The notes below the pieces were generated by a model. That model searched no databases. It saw only the letters and a program-made list of their open reading frames with translations, and was not told the origin of the DNA. Below, piece by piece: positions 18,442 through 28,466 of a stretch of DNA of 64,000 bases. The DNA lies in NCBI GenBank assembly GCA_963536495.1, contig CAUTAF010000003.1:6582-70581 (forward strand), given 5' to 3'. Every line of letters begins with the position of its first letter. The stretch's first letter is position 1. A program made the translations under genes and the position numbers. This stretch comes from an uncultured Eubacteriales bacterium. Lineage in GTDB: Bacteria; Bacillota_I; Bacilli_A; RF39; UBA660.

Positions 18442-20436
18442 TCATCTTAACTTATTTTTAATTTCTTCTAATACTTTTGAAAAATCATCTTCTGATGTTT
18501 CTTTAACCATACGTTCTTTTTTTATTTCTCTAACTTTCATTCCAGCTCTTTTCATAGCATCTTTATATATATTTTGATTTTCTAATAACTTAACCACTTC
18601 AAGTACTTCTTTATCAGTTAGTTTAGTATCAGGAAGTGCATAATATCCACCTATTCCATACTTAAGAACTAATCTTCCAGTTTTAATTTTTTCTTGTTCT
18701 TTTATCTTAGCAAGTTCTTCTTGTTTAGTTTTTCTTTCTTCTTCAATCCTTCTCATTACTTCATTTGCAAGTTTTTCAGTTCTTTCAAATTGTTCTGGAT
18801 TATCTTTAAAGAATTCATTAGAATAAATTGAATGTAAATAATAATCTTGAGGTATTTCATCAACTTTTTCTAAAAGTGGTAATTGTTTTTTATTTAAATC
18901 TCTACCATTTGTTTCTAATTCAGCATTATATTCTTTTCTTTGTTTATTTGTTTCTTCAACATATTCTTGAATATTATTTAGTAATTCTCTTGGAGCTTTA
19001 CCATGTTTTAATAACACATAACTTAAGAATGCTTCATTAATTTTCTTTTCTTCTTTCTTTAATTCTTCTTCTGTAAGATTTCTTAAATCATCATTTATTA
19101 TTCCAAAATTATAATCATATGTAATATCTGGATTATATTCTTTATATAATTTATCAACATTTACTTCTTTTACTTCTTCTTTTATTTCTTCTTGTTCTTC
19201 TTTTACTGGTTGTTGATATTTATAATTTCCAGCATTATGTAAAACATTATTTTCTTCATTTTCTTTGCTTGTTGCCTTTTTATATTTGCTAAAATCAAAA
19301 GGTTTATATTTATCTTCTAAATCTTCTTCTTCTAATTCTTCTTCTTTTTCTTCTTTAACATGAGCTTCTTTTTTCTTATATTTACTCCAATCAAAAGGTT
19401 CATATTTCATTTTTGTTCCTTCTAAATTCTTAGGTTCTTTTTCAAGAGGATTTATTTGTCCTTTAGTTTCTTGTTCTTTTTTTAATTTTAAAAGTCTTTC
19501 TTCTTCTTCTTTATAAATATCTTCTCTTGTTTTAATAAAGTTTATATGATATTTATCTGCTATTTCACCATATCTATTGAAAAGTTCTATTTCTTTATCA
19601 CTTGGTTTTTTATAATTAGAATTCAAAACAAAATCTTTAACATAATCTTTAAAATTAATTTTTACATAATCTTCTATATTAAAATTAAGTGTTTGAGCTA
19701 AGTTTTCAATATTTGCTAATTTATCTTTAAAATCTTTTTCATTATATGTAGATATATTTTCAAAATATTTTTCTATAGCTTTCTTAATATCATCTTCTGT
19801 TTCTATTTTTTCTTCTTTTTCTTCTAATTTTTTACTAGCTAAAACTTCACTTAAAGATAAAGGTTTAACTTCTTCTTTTTCTTCTTTTGATTTTTGATAT
19901 TGATTATTAAAAACAGAAATTTTTAAATCTTCAGCTTCTGGTATATTTAATCCAGACTTACCTTCTTCAATTACTTTCTTAAGAGCTTGATCACTAGCTA
20001 ATTCAATTTTCTTTTTATATAAATTCAAGTGTTTCTTTTTACTAAAGAAATTTCTAAATGGAGCTATTGCATGTATTAATATAGAAGGAACTTTTAACTT
20101 TTTAGATTCTCTCTTAATAAAGTTTTCTTTTTCTTCTACCCATAAAATCTTAGCACCAATTTTAGCTAATTTTTCTTCTAATTCATAATATCTTGCATAA
20201 TCAGCTTCTTCTGGATTCATTTCTATATCTGTTGCTATTTCTTCCATTTCTTCTTTAATAGCATTATATTTATGTAATCTATGATTAAATAAACCACCTT
20301 TTTTATTATATAAAAATTGTGCAAAAGTTGGTCCTGTCATTTTAATAGCAGCGCTACCTTTTTTTCTGAATTTTTTTTGACTATCAGCTTCAACTATTTT
20401 AACACTTGATAATTCTTCCATTGTTGATTGATCCAT
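18442..20436 (-). CDS. Hypothetical acidic K/E-rich protein (664 aa) with an internal repeat
   Basis: No TM helices. Contains KYEPFDWSKYKK and KYKPFDFSKYKK about 35 aa apart. Confidence 0.5.
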   Translation of the reverse strand: MDQSTMEELSSVKIVEADSQKKFRKKGSAAIKMTGPTFAQFLYNKKGGLFNHRLHKYNAIKEEMEEIATDIEMNPEEADYARYYELEEKLAKIGAKILWVEEKENFIKRESKKLKVPSILIHAIAPFRNFFSKKKHLNLYKKKIELASDQALKKVIEEGKSGLNIPEAEDLKISVFNNQYQKSKEEKEEVKPLSLSEVLASKKLEEKEEKIETEDDIKKAIEKYFENISTYNEKDFKDKLANIENLAQTLNFNIEDYVKINFKDYVKDFVLNSNYKKPSDKEIELFNRYGEIADKYHINFIKTREDIYKEEEERLLKLKKEQETKGQINPLEKEPKNLEGTKMKYEPFDWSKYKKKEAHVKEEKEEELEEEDLEDKYKPFDFSKYKKATSKENEENNVLHNAGNYKYQQPVKEEQEEIKEEVKEVNVDKLYKEYNPDITYDYNFGIINDDLRNLTEEELKKEEKKINEAFLSYVLLKHGKAPRELLNNIQEYVEETNKQRKEYNAELETNGRDLNKKQLPLLEKVDEIPQDYYLHSIYSNEFFKDNPEQFERTEKLANEVMRRIEEERKTKQEELAKIKEQEKIKTGRLVLKYGIGGYYALPDTKLTDKEVLEVVKLLENQNIYKDAMKRAGMKVREIKKERMVKETSEDDFSKVLEEIKNKLR

Positions 20437-20462
20437 AATCTAGTCTCCTATATTTTATTTTT

Positions 20463-20750
20463 TTATTTAGATACTTGTTCTTCACTTTTTGAAATTTCTT
20501 TTAATATTTCTTTTAATTTATCCCATTCTTGATCTGTTTCTATTGCTCTTAATTCTACATCATCACTATTTTCATTTTCTTTATATAATTCTGATATATA
20601 AATAGTTACATTATTCTTATCATCTGTTTCATTTTTTGTATATATTATATATTTCTTATTAAATTCACTTAATTCTAATCTTAAAAGTTCTTCAGCTTCA
20701 TCTATTGCACCATTTTCATCAACAATAGATATTATTTTCTTTTCTTCCAT
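20463..20750 (-). CDS. DUF1292-like small protein
   Basis: MEEKKIISIVDENGAIDEAEELL... resembles the DUF1292/YrzB N-terminus. Confidence 0.4.
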   Translation of the reverse strand: MEEKKIISIVDENGAIDEAEELLRLELSEFNKKYIIYTKNETDDKNNVTIYISELYKENENSDDVELRAIETDQEWDKLKEILKEISKSEEQVSK

Positions 20751-20795
20751 TTTAAAACCCTCTCATTCTATATAAAATAATACTATAAAGATATA

Positions 20796-21086
20796 TTATT
20801 TGCAAGATTTTAATATAAAATACTTACAACCATAATTACAATATTTTTTTATATAATCATTTATTTTATTATAATCATTTATTTTATTAAATCTTTTATT
20901 ACTTGGTAAATTAAAGCCTTTAAGTCTTAAATTATCACTAGCATAATCTCCTAAAATATAATCAAAACTAGAAAAATAATCCGTATATTTTTTTTCTAAA
21001 TCTTCTAATTTAAATGCATCTCGATAATTTTCTTCTAGACTATAATTATATTCTTTATTTTCATATGTCACTTTAATATTTTTCAT
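20796..21086 (-). CDS. YutD/DUF1027-like small protein
   Basis: DYILGDYASDNLRLKGF ... YCNYGCKYFILK. 96 aa. Confidence 0.4.
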   Translation of the reverse strand: MKNIKVTYENKEYNYSLEENYRDAFKLEDLEKKYTDYFSSFDYILGDYASDNLRLKGFNLPSNKRFNKINDYNKINDYIKKYCNYGCKYFILKSCK

Positions 21087-21721
21087 AATTTAATACCTAT
21101 GTTTTTAAATACACCAGTATAATAAAGAACTCCTATTATTAATATAATTATCAATAATATTACAAATAAAATGATAAAATTATTCTTTTTAGTTATTTCT
21201 TCTTGATCTTCTTTTGCTAAAGAAATAAAGTCCCCTTTTGATAAATCCATACTTCTAGTATAAAAAGAATTAATTAATTTACCATCTTCTTCTGTTACTT
21301 TATCTTTATTACTATCTTCAACATCATGAGCAACAGTATTATTTTCTTCTTTTTCATCTATCATTAAATCAGAAAATAAATCTTTTTCTTCTCTTTCTTT
21401 TTCTTTTTCTTTCTCATAATTTTCATAATATTTTTTATTTAATTCTTCTAAATACGAAAATTGATTAGTAACTAAAGATTCATTTTCATTTTTAATACTT
21501 TCTTTTGCTTTTCTTATATAATTCTTTAAATTATAAGATTCTAAATTAATATTACTAGAAATTATAGTACTATCTATTTCTTCGTTTTTTTCAGTTCTTG
21601 AAAAATTTTCATCTTCTGTTCCAATACCAACTTCTAATTCTTTTAATAAATATTCATTTTTATTAACTCTAGAAAATTTATTATCACTAATTTCTTCATT
21701 ATATCTATCAGATCTTCTCAT
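21083..21721 (-). CDS. Hypothetical protein with an acidic N-region and a C-terminal TM anchor
   Basis: ORF with C-terminal FIILFVILLIIILIIGVLYY. Confidence 0.45.
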   Translation of the reverse strand: MRRSDRYNEEISDNKFSRVNKNEYLLKELEVGIGTEDENFSRTEKNEEIDSTIISSNINLESYNLKNYIRKAKESIKNENESLVTNQFSYLEELNKKYYENYEKEKEKEREEKDLFSDLMIDEKEENNTVAHDVEDSNKDKVTEEDGKLINSFYTRSMDLSKGDFISLAKEDQEEITKKNNFIILFVILLIIILIIGVLYYTGVFKNIGIKL

Positions 21722-21800
21722 AGCATCTCCTATTTATTATTCTAACACACTTTTATTTTTTTTTATATATTGATATACTATTAAAGCAAAAGGAGAAAAA

Positions 21801-22034
21801 ATGAAAGCTAAAGTTAATGAAAATTGCATTGGATGCGGTTCATGTATAGCAATGTGTGAAGAAGTATTTGAATTTAATGATAATGGATTTGCAGAAGCAA
21901 AAGATAAAGAATTAACTGATGAAGAAAAAGAAATGGTTAATAACATTATTCTTATGTGCCCAGTTGAAGCAATATCTATAGAAGAAGAAAAAGAAGAAAA
22001 AGAAGAAAAAGAAGAAAAAGAAGAAAATAATTAA
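21801..22034 (+). CDS. Small 4Fe-4S ferredoxin with an (EEK)n acidic C-terminal tail
   Basis: CIGCGSCIAMC ... MCPVEAI cluster motifs. RBS AAAGGAG upstream. The tail is encoded by a 9-bp tandem repeat. Confidence 0.8.
   Translation: MKAKVNENCIGCGSCIAMCEEVFEFNDNGFAEAKDKELTDEEKEMVNNIILMCPVEAISIEEEKEEKEEKEEKEENN
21984..22028 (+). repeat. In-frame 9-bp tandem repeat (gaagaaaaa)x~5 inside the ferredoxin 3' end
   Basis: gaagaaaaagaagaaaaagaagaaaaagaagaaaaagaagaaaat. Confidence 0.85.
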
Positions 22035-22130
22035 AAAGAAAAGTTCATATGAATTTTTCTTTTTTTCTAAATTAATTTATAAATAATAAATATTTTTATA
22101 TCTATACATTTAATATTTACTACATATTAT

Positions 22131-22172
22131 AAAAAACAACAAACTTTGTTATTTAGTTTGTTGTTTATTTTT
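22131..22172 (+). terminator. Bidirectional intrinsic terminator (ferredoxin / yneF convergent pair)
   Basis: Stem acaacaaact / agtttgttgt with loop ttgttattt, flanked by an A-run upstream and a T-run downstream. Confidence 0.65.
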
Positions 22173-22367
22173 CATTTGTTTCATCATTTGATTAATTTGT
22201 TTTTGATTAACTGGTCTTCCCATTTGAGCCATTAACATTTTAATCATATCTTCATTAATTGGTGGATTTTTTTCTAAATATTTTTCCATATATTTTTTAG
22301 ATATAAAGAATCCTATTAAAGCTCCTACACCTATTCCTAAAAGAATTAATAATATATCTTTTAACAT
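22149..22367 (-). CDS. yneF: UPF0154 (YneF) family membrane protein
   Basis: N-terminal TM LLILLGIGVGALIGFFISKKY, then a Q/M-rich tail. Confidence 0.65.
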   Translation of the reverse strand: MLKDILLILLGIGVGALIGFFISKKYMEKYLEKNPPINEDMIKMLMAQMGRPVNQKQINQMMKQMKNKQQTK

Positions 22368-22376
22368 TTAACCTCC

Positions 22377-23558
22377 CTATACATCTAAGTCTATTCCATC
22401 AAAATATTCTTCTTCGTTATCTGTTTCTTTTGTTTTACTATCTTTAGTATCGCTATAATCATCTTTTTCATCACTTACTTCATATGATTTATAACTTGTC
22501 TTTTTCTTAGATAAGAATAAATATAAAACTATTACTATAACTATTAATATAAGTACTAAAATTATTAAAATAGAACTATTTGATTTTTTCTTTTCTATTC
22601 CTACTTGTACATCAATACTTGCAAGTTCTTTACCATTATAGATTATCTTAACATGTGATTTACCTGTTTTTAAACCTACTAAATATCCATTAGTATCAAC
22701 CCATACTACAGAATTATCACTATTTTCATATTTTAAATTTCTCTTATCAAAACATGAATTATCTAATTTAACATCTAATGAAAATACTTCTCCTACTCTA
22801 ATAAATTTACTTGGTTTTGTAATAGATACTTTATTTACTATACATTCTTCTTTTTCTTTTGGAGTTACTTTTACTTCTACAACTTTTTTATCATCATCTG
22901 TTGCAATTGTAACTTTAGCAACACCTTCTTTTATTCCAGATAAAATTCCATCTTTATCTACTGTAACTATATTAGTATCACTAGATGTAAAAGTTAATTT
23001 TTTATCTTTATATTCTTTTGCTAATTCATAATTTAAAGATTGATTATCTTCAACTGCTACTTCATATTTTTCTAAAACTTTAATAAAACTTCCATCTTTA
23101 GCTTTTATAGATGGTATTACAATATCTGATCTAGATGTGGAAAATTTTACCTTATCATAATCACTAGTAATTGTTGCTGATATTTTTTTATCTGTATCAA
23201 AAGTTTTAACAACTTTATACATAACTGTCACTAATTGTTCTTTTGAATGATCAACATTGTAACATGTTATAACATCTGAAGTTGAAAACTTACAAGCTGG
23301 ATTTGGTTTATTTGGTAATCCAACAACATATTTTACTGATAAATATTCAGTTGGATATTCAAGTTTTATTTGAATATTTGCATTTTTATTAGATTTATAT
23401 AAAAACACATAGTTTACTGTAATAAGTTCATTTACTACTGTAGGTCTTTTATTAACAACCATTTTTCCAACTATAGCTCCATCAGTTACAGTAAGAGCAT
23501 TAGCACTAAATCCTATTAATAAAGTTGTTAAAATAATTAATTTTTTAAATATTTTCAT
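22377..23558 (-). CDS. Surface protein with Big_2 (bacterial Ig-like) domains, an N-terminal signal peptide and a C-terminal TM anchor
   Basis: TFTSSDTNIVTVDKDGILSGIKEGVAKVTIA Big_2-like segment. C-terminal ILIILVLILIVIVIVLYLFL. Confidence 0.55.
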   Translation of the reverse strand: MKIFKKLIILTTLLIGFSANALTVTDGAIVGKMVVNKRPTVVNELITVNYVFLYKSNKNANIQIKLEYPTEYLSVKYVVGLPNKPNPACKFSTSDVITCYNVDHSKEQLVTVMYKVVKTFDTDKKISATITSDYDKVKFSTSRSDIVIPSIKAKDGSFIKVLEKYEVAVEDNQSLNYELAKEYKDKKLTFTSSDTNIVTVDKDGILSGIKEGVAKVTIATDDDKKVVEVKVTPKEKEECIVNKVSITKPSKFIRVGEVFSLDVKLDNSCFDKRNLKYENSDNSVVWVDTNGYLVGLKTGKSHVKIIYNGKELASIDVQVGIEKKKSNSSILIILVLILIVIVIVLYLFLSKKKTSYKSYEVSDEKDDYSDTKDSKTKETDNEEEYFDGIDLDV

Positions 23559-23561
23559 ATA

Positions 23562-25490
23562 CTACCTCTCATTTAACATTTTTAATATTTCTTTTTCTAT
23601 TGTATCATGAGTTAAATTAAAATACTCTAATATATCTTTAACTTTTCCACTTTTTCCAAAAGAATTGACAGAAAAGATATGTTTTTCATCCGTTATAGAT
23701 GTCCATGACATAGAAGAAGAAAATTCAATAACAAATTTTTTCTTATCAGTTAATATTTCTTTTTGATATTCTTCACTTTGTTCCTTAAAAATATTTAAAG
23801 CTGGCATAGATACAAGTCTTAAGTTATATCCTTTAGAACTTAAATTATCAAATATCTCTACTGCTAAGTCTAATTCTTCTCCACAAGAGATAATTACAAA
23901 ATCAACATCTTTAGTTTCTTTTAAAACATATCCACCTTTTTCTACTAAGTTTATTTGTGTTTCTTGTTTTAATTTAGTTTTATTTCTACTTGCTATTAAA
24001 CAACTAGCTTTTCTTCTTTTAAACATAGCTTTATATGAACCTATTACTTCATTTATATCACTAGGTCTATAAACATCTAAATTAGGTATACTTCTTAAAG
24101 ATACTAACTGTTCAACAGGTTGATGAGTCGGTCCATCTTCTCCAACTGTTATAGAATCATGAGTAAAAATATATATAACAAATTGATTCATAAGAGCTGA
24201 TAATCTAATACTTGGTTTTAAATAATCAGAAAATGACAAGAAAGTCGAAGCAAAAGGAACTAATCCAGATAATGCTAAACCATTACTTATTGCTCCCATC
24301 GCATGTTCTCTTATTCCATAAGCAATATTTCTATTTTTATAATTATCTTTATTAAAATATCCACTATCTGTAATATAAGCTTTAGTTGATTCTTTTAAAT
24401 CTGCACTTCCTCCTATTACAAAAGGATTTTCTTTAGCTATTAAATTAAGTACTTTATTATTTGCATTTCTTACTGCTTCATCTTCTCCATTAAGTCCTTC
24501 AAAGTTTAAATCATATCTTTTATTTAAATAATTATCCATTTCTAATTTCAAATTATCATCAAGCATTTCTACTTTTTTTAACCAATTTTCATAAACAAAT
24601 TGATTTCTTTCATCTACTTCTTTTTGAAATTCTTCTATTGTTTCTTTAGATACTAAAAATTCTTGATTTCTTAATTCTAACTTTTCTTTTAGTTGTTCTA
24701 TATCTTCTATAGAAAGTGGTGCACCATGTACTTTATGTGTTCCTTGTAATAAAGAATATTTTCCTATTACTGTTCTTATTTCAATAAGTACAGGTTTTTC
24801 ACTTCTTTTAGCTTCTTTAATAGCATTTTCTATTTCTAAAATATTTTCACCATCTTTTACAAATATATAATTCCAATTCATAGATTTAACTTTTAATTCT
24901 ATATTATCAATACTTGAATTATATAAACTACCATCAAGTGTAATTTCATTAGAATCATATAATACTATTAAATTATTAAGTTCTAAGTTACCTGCTATAC
25001 TCATAGCTTCTTGTGCTACACCTTCTTCTAAGTCTCCATCTCCTACCATACAGTATGTCTTATACTTAATTACATCATCTGTGAAGTGATTACTAAGATA
25101 TTTTTCTGCTATAGCAAAACCAACTGATGAAGCAAGACCTTGTCCAAGTGGACCAGTAGACATTTCTACTCCTAAAGTTCCTATTTCAGGATGTCCTGGA
25201 GTTTTAGAATTTAAACTACGAAATTCTTTCAAATCATCTAAATTTAAATAACCTAAATAAAAAAGTAGTGCATATAATAAACTAGATCCATGTCCTGCAG
25301 ATAAGATAAATCTATCTCTTGATATCCAATTTGGATTTTCTCTACTTATTTTTAAAACTTTTGAAAATAAAGTATAAAGCATCGGTGCTGCACCAAGTGC
25401 TATACCAGGATGTCCACTATTTGCTTTATTTATCATATCGATACAAAGACCTCTAATATTATTAATTATCTTTTTATCTATTTCTTTCAT
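23562..25490 (-). CDS. tkt: Transketolase
   Basis: GHPGIALGAAPMLYTLF TPP-binding N-terminus. 642 aa. Confidence 0.9.
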   Translation of the reverse strand: MKEIDKKIINNIRGLCIDMINKANSGHPGIALGAAPMLYTLFSKVLKISRENPNWISRDRFILSAGHGSSLLYALLFYLGYLNLDDLKEFRSLNSKTPGHPEIGTLGVEMSTGPLGQGLASSVGFAIAEKYLSNHFTDDVIKYKTYCMVGDGDLEEGVAQEAMSIAGNLELNNLIVLYDSNEITLDGSLYNSSIDNIELKVKSMNWNYIFVKDGENILEIENAIKEAKRSEKPVLIEIRTVIGKYSLLQGTHKVHGAPLSIEDIEQLKEKLELRNQEFLVSKETIEEFQKEVDERNQFVYENWLKKVEMLDDNLKLEMDNYLNKRYDLNFEGLNGEDEAVRNANNKVLNLIAKENPFVIGGSADLKESTKAYITDSGYFNKDNYKNRNIAYGIREHAMGAISNGLALSGLVPFASTFLSFSDYLKPSIRLSALMNQFVIYIFTHDSITVGEDGPTHQPVEQLVSLRSIPNLDVYRPSDINEVIGSYKAMFKRRKASCLIASRNKTKLKQETQINLVEKGGYVLKETKDVDFVIISCGEELDLAVEIFDNLSSKGYNLRLVSMPALNIFKEQSEEYQKEILTDKKKFVIEFSSSMSWTSITDEKHIFSVNSFGKSGKVKDILEYFNLTHDTIEKEILKMLNER

Positions 25491-26235
25491 TTTCTTCTCC
25501 CATCAAAATATTTATTGCTTCACTAACACCACTATCATTACTAGATGATACTATTTTAAAAACAACATTTTTTAATTCTTCACAAGCATTATCTACTGCA
25601 AACATTTTATTAACATAATAACTCATAGATATATCATTGTTACCATTTCCTATTGCATAACTTTTATCTTGATCAATTTTTAAATATTCTAATAACCTTC
25701 TTATAGCTAAACCTTTTGAATTACCTTTTAAATTAATGTCAAACAAATGATATTTTTTATATTTATTATAATAATCATGAGTAATTTGTACTTCTTTATG
25801 TAAAAAGACAAATTCTCTTATTTTATCTAAAGTCGATTTTTCAAACGGTTCATTTACCACATATGTAACTTCATATATATCATCATCTATCAAATGAGTT
25901 TTAGTTCTATATCTTGAATGAAGATAAACTACTATATCATTTTTTATAGCATAACTATATAAAATTTCTACTATATCACTTGATATATAATCGTTATGTA
26001 TAAGTTTATCTTTTGCTTTATCATAAATTATAGCACCATTACATGCTATATAATAATTAGAAAAATCATAATGTTTTAAAAAATTTTCTATTCCTACAAT
26101 TCCTCTTCCAGTAGCTAAAACAAAAATATTTTCATCATTTATCCATTTATTAATACTAGATAAATTTTTTTTAGATATACTTTTATTTTTACCTACTAAA
26201 GTATCATCTATATCACAAAAAAAGATTTTATTCAT
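25474..26235 (-). CDS. HAD-IIB (Cof-type) phosphatase
   Basis: IFFCDIDDTLV motif I. ATGRGI. 253 aa. Confidence 0.7.
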   Translation of the reverse strand: MNKIFFCDIDDTLVGKNKSISKKNLSSINKWINDENIFVLATGRGIVGIENFLKHYDFSNYYIACNGAIIYDKAKDKLIHNDYISSDIVEILYSYAIKNDIVVYLHSRYRTKTHLIDDDIYEVTYVVNEPFEKSTLDKIREFVFLHKEVQITHDYYNKYKKYHLFDINLKGNSKGLAIRRLLEYLKIDQDKSYAIGNGNNDISMSYYVNKMFAVDNACEELKNVVFKIVSSSNDSGVSEAINILMGEENERNR

Positions 26236-26274
26236 CTTTTACTCCTATTAGGATTATAATACAAAAAAAAGACT

Positions 26275-26529
26275 TTATCTATAAAAATCTTTTTTATTAT
26301 TTTTAATTAAATAATTGTTATAACTAATTCTTTCTTCTTTTATTTTAGTATTTATTTCTTTTAATTCTTTTATTTCTTCTGTAAGTAAATCTATTTTTCT
26401 ATTATAAAAAAGTATTTGTTTATAATCAGATGCTTCTATAGCAAAATATCTTAATTTTTCTATTTCCTTATTTCTTACACCAGATAATAAATCATATCTT
26501 ATTTTAAATAATTTATCTAATTTTTCCAA
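26275..26529 (-). CDS. Hypothetical protein (84 aa)
   Basis: ORF only. Confidence 0.35.
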   Translation of the reverse strand: MEKLDKLFKIRYDLLSGVRNKEIEKLRYFAIEASDYKQILFYNRKIDLLTEEIKELKEINTKIKEERISYNNYLIKNNKKDFYR

Positions 26530-26532
26530 TTT

Positions 26533-27213
26533 TTAAAAATTATCATCATCAAAGTCGTTTAAAAACTCATCTTCATAATAATCGTTATCAACTTCTTTTT
26601 CTTTTGGTTTTACTTCAACATTCTTAACTTTTCTTGCAATAACTACTTCATCTTCATCTTTTATATTATCTTCTTTTAATACTAATTCATTATTTCTTAT
26701 ATATTTATATATTTTAATACCTACTAATACTGGATAAATAATAGTAATAATAAACATAATAACAAAGAATAAATAATTATTATTACCTAAAATATTTTTA
26801 TAATTAGCTGTATCTTTAAATAATAAAATATGTGATAAAACAATCATTAAAAATGTTGTAATTAGTACTATATATTTTTTAAAACTATTATTTTTAACTA
26901 AGTAAGTTACATAACTATCAACGCTTACTTCAAATAAAGAATATATATTCACTGTAAAAATTATTAAATATAAAAGATAAAATATACTTCTTACGTTATT
27001 AGCTTTTTCTAAGTCATATTTTTCTTGTAATACACTATACAAAAAATCACTTTTTATAAATAAATATGCTAAAAATGTAATAGCTATAAATATTAATAAT
27101 GATTTAGAAAGCTCTACTAAAGCTTTGTTATCACTTTCTTTTTTTTCTATATAATTTCCTATAATTAAATCTAATATAAATACTGCAATAAAAAAACATA
27201 TGTAAAATATCAT
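26533..27213 (-). CDS. Hypothetical polytopic membrane protein
   Basis: Multiple hydrophobic helices and an acidic C-terminal tail. Confidence 0.45.
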   Translation of the reverse strand: MIFYICFFIAVFILDLIIGNYIEKKESDNKALVELSKSLLIFIAITFLAYLFIKSDFLYSVLQEKYDLEKANNVRSIFYLLYLIIFTVNIYSLFEVSVDSYVTYLVKNNSFKKYIVLITTFLMIVLSHILLFKDTANYKNILGNNNYLFFVIMFIITIIYPVLVGIKIYKYIRNNELVLKEDNIKDEDEVVIARKVKNVEVKPKEKEVDNDYYEDEFLNDFDDDNF

Positions 27214-27269
27214 ATTAAACCCCCAAACTTGCTATTTATTATACTTAATTTTTAAAAAAATGCAACTTT

Positions 27270-28043
27270 TTAAGCATTTTCTATCTTTTCTAAAATATAT
27301 TTATTTTGTTTTTCATTATATTTAAATACTAATATAAAACTACTATCACTTTCTTTGTTATCAAAGTACTTTTTATAATAATATTTAATAATATTTTTAT
27401 TTTTTTCTATATGATAAAGTTTATTAAGTAAAAACTTTTTATTATTTAAATAAATACAAGATAAACTATTATCTTTATATTCTAAAACTTTATTAGTATC
27501 AAAAGATATCTTCGTTAAAAAATAATCAATCTTTATCTTAACGGCATATTTTTCATAAAATTTTTCTTCTAAATAACTTTTATCTACTATTTTCTTATCG
27601 CAATCATATAAAGCATTATTTTTTAAATAAGTTTTAAAAAAACTACTAATATTTAATAATAATGTTTTATCTTTTTCACTCATATCTTTTAAATTTAACT
27701 CTTTAGCTGTAAAAAACTTAGATTCTTTATATTCATCTTCATATAAGAATTCCAAATGATAATCATTAACTAAATCAATTGCTTCTTTATTGTTAGTTAA
27801 GTTAGTTTCAGTAGTTAAATATAGATTATTTTGATTTACTTTTTTTACTATGTTAGTTTTTTGATTTAGATTTTTCTTTTTAAATATAAAACCATTTATA
27901 TAAAGAAAAGCAAAAACAAAAAGAAAAATGAAAAAGCTTACAAAAACTATAAGAAATCTTATCTTCTTTAACTCTTTTTCCCTTTCTTCATCAGTTAAAA
28001 CTTTTTTTTCTAAATTTTTTATATCATCAAAATTATTTTCCAT
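27270..28043 (-). CDS. Hypothetical protein with an N-terminal TM anchor
   Basis: ORF. FLIVFVSFFIFLFVFAFLYI. Confidence 0.45.
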   Translation of the reverse strand: MENNFDDIKNLEKKVLTDEEREKELKKIRFLIVFVSFFIFLFVFAFLYINGFIFKKKNLNQKTNIVKKVNQNNLYLTTETNLTNNKEAIDLVNDYHLEFLYEDEYKESKFFTAKELNLKDMSEKDKTLLLNISSFFKTYLKNNALYDCDKKIVDKSYLEEKFYEKYAVKIKIDYFLTKISFDTNKVLEYKDNSLSCIYLNNKKFLLNKLYHIEKNKNIIKYYYKKYFDNKESDSSFILVFKYNEKQNKYILEKIENA

Positions 28044-28052
28044 TTTATCCTC

Positions 28053-28466
28053 TTATTTTTTAAAAACAAATATTTTTGAAAACAAATAATTTAATACTAC
28101 AATTATAAATTGAACTAGTATCTTTGCAATCTTATCATTTATCTTTAAAACAGCTGTAAGTATTAACATTACTAACATTTCAATTAATAAAGACATTATT
28201 CTTGATGTAATAAACTTAACTGATTCTATTTTTTTTGAATTATTCGATTTAAAAACAAATATTCTATTAGCAAAATATGCAAATGTTACTGCTACTATCC
28301 AAGAAAACACGGTTGATATTTGAACATTTAAAGATGTATCTGATTTTAATATAGTTCTAATTAGAAAATAAGATAATATTGATATAACTGTAGTTATACC
28401 CCCTACTACTATATAATTTATTATTTCTTCATATTTTTTATATAAATTTAAAAGTTTTTTAATCAT
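28053..28466 (-). CDS. GtrA-family membrane protein (polysaccharide/teichoic-acid glycosylation flippase-like)
   Basis: IINYIVVGGITTVISILSYFL is typical of GtrA. 137 aa with 4 TM helices. Overlaps the GT2 gene. Confidence 0.65.
   Translation of the reverse strand: MIKKLLNLYKKYEEIINYIVVGGITTVISILSYFLIRTILKSDTSLNVQISTVFSWIVAVTFAYFANRIFVFKSNNSKKIESVKFITSRIMSLLIEMLVMLILTAVLKINDKIAKILVQFIIVVLNYLFSKIFVFKK

Noticed and set aside
18828-19040. 70-aa plus-strand ORF inside the 664-aa gene
   Set aside because: It is an antisense shadow ORF.
21737-21946. 69-aa minus-strand ORF overlapping the ferredoxin gene
   Set aside because: The plus-strand ferredoxin has a clear RBS and the CxxCxxC...CP cluster motif. 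The minus ORF is S/L-rich with no features.
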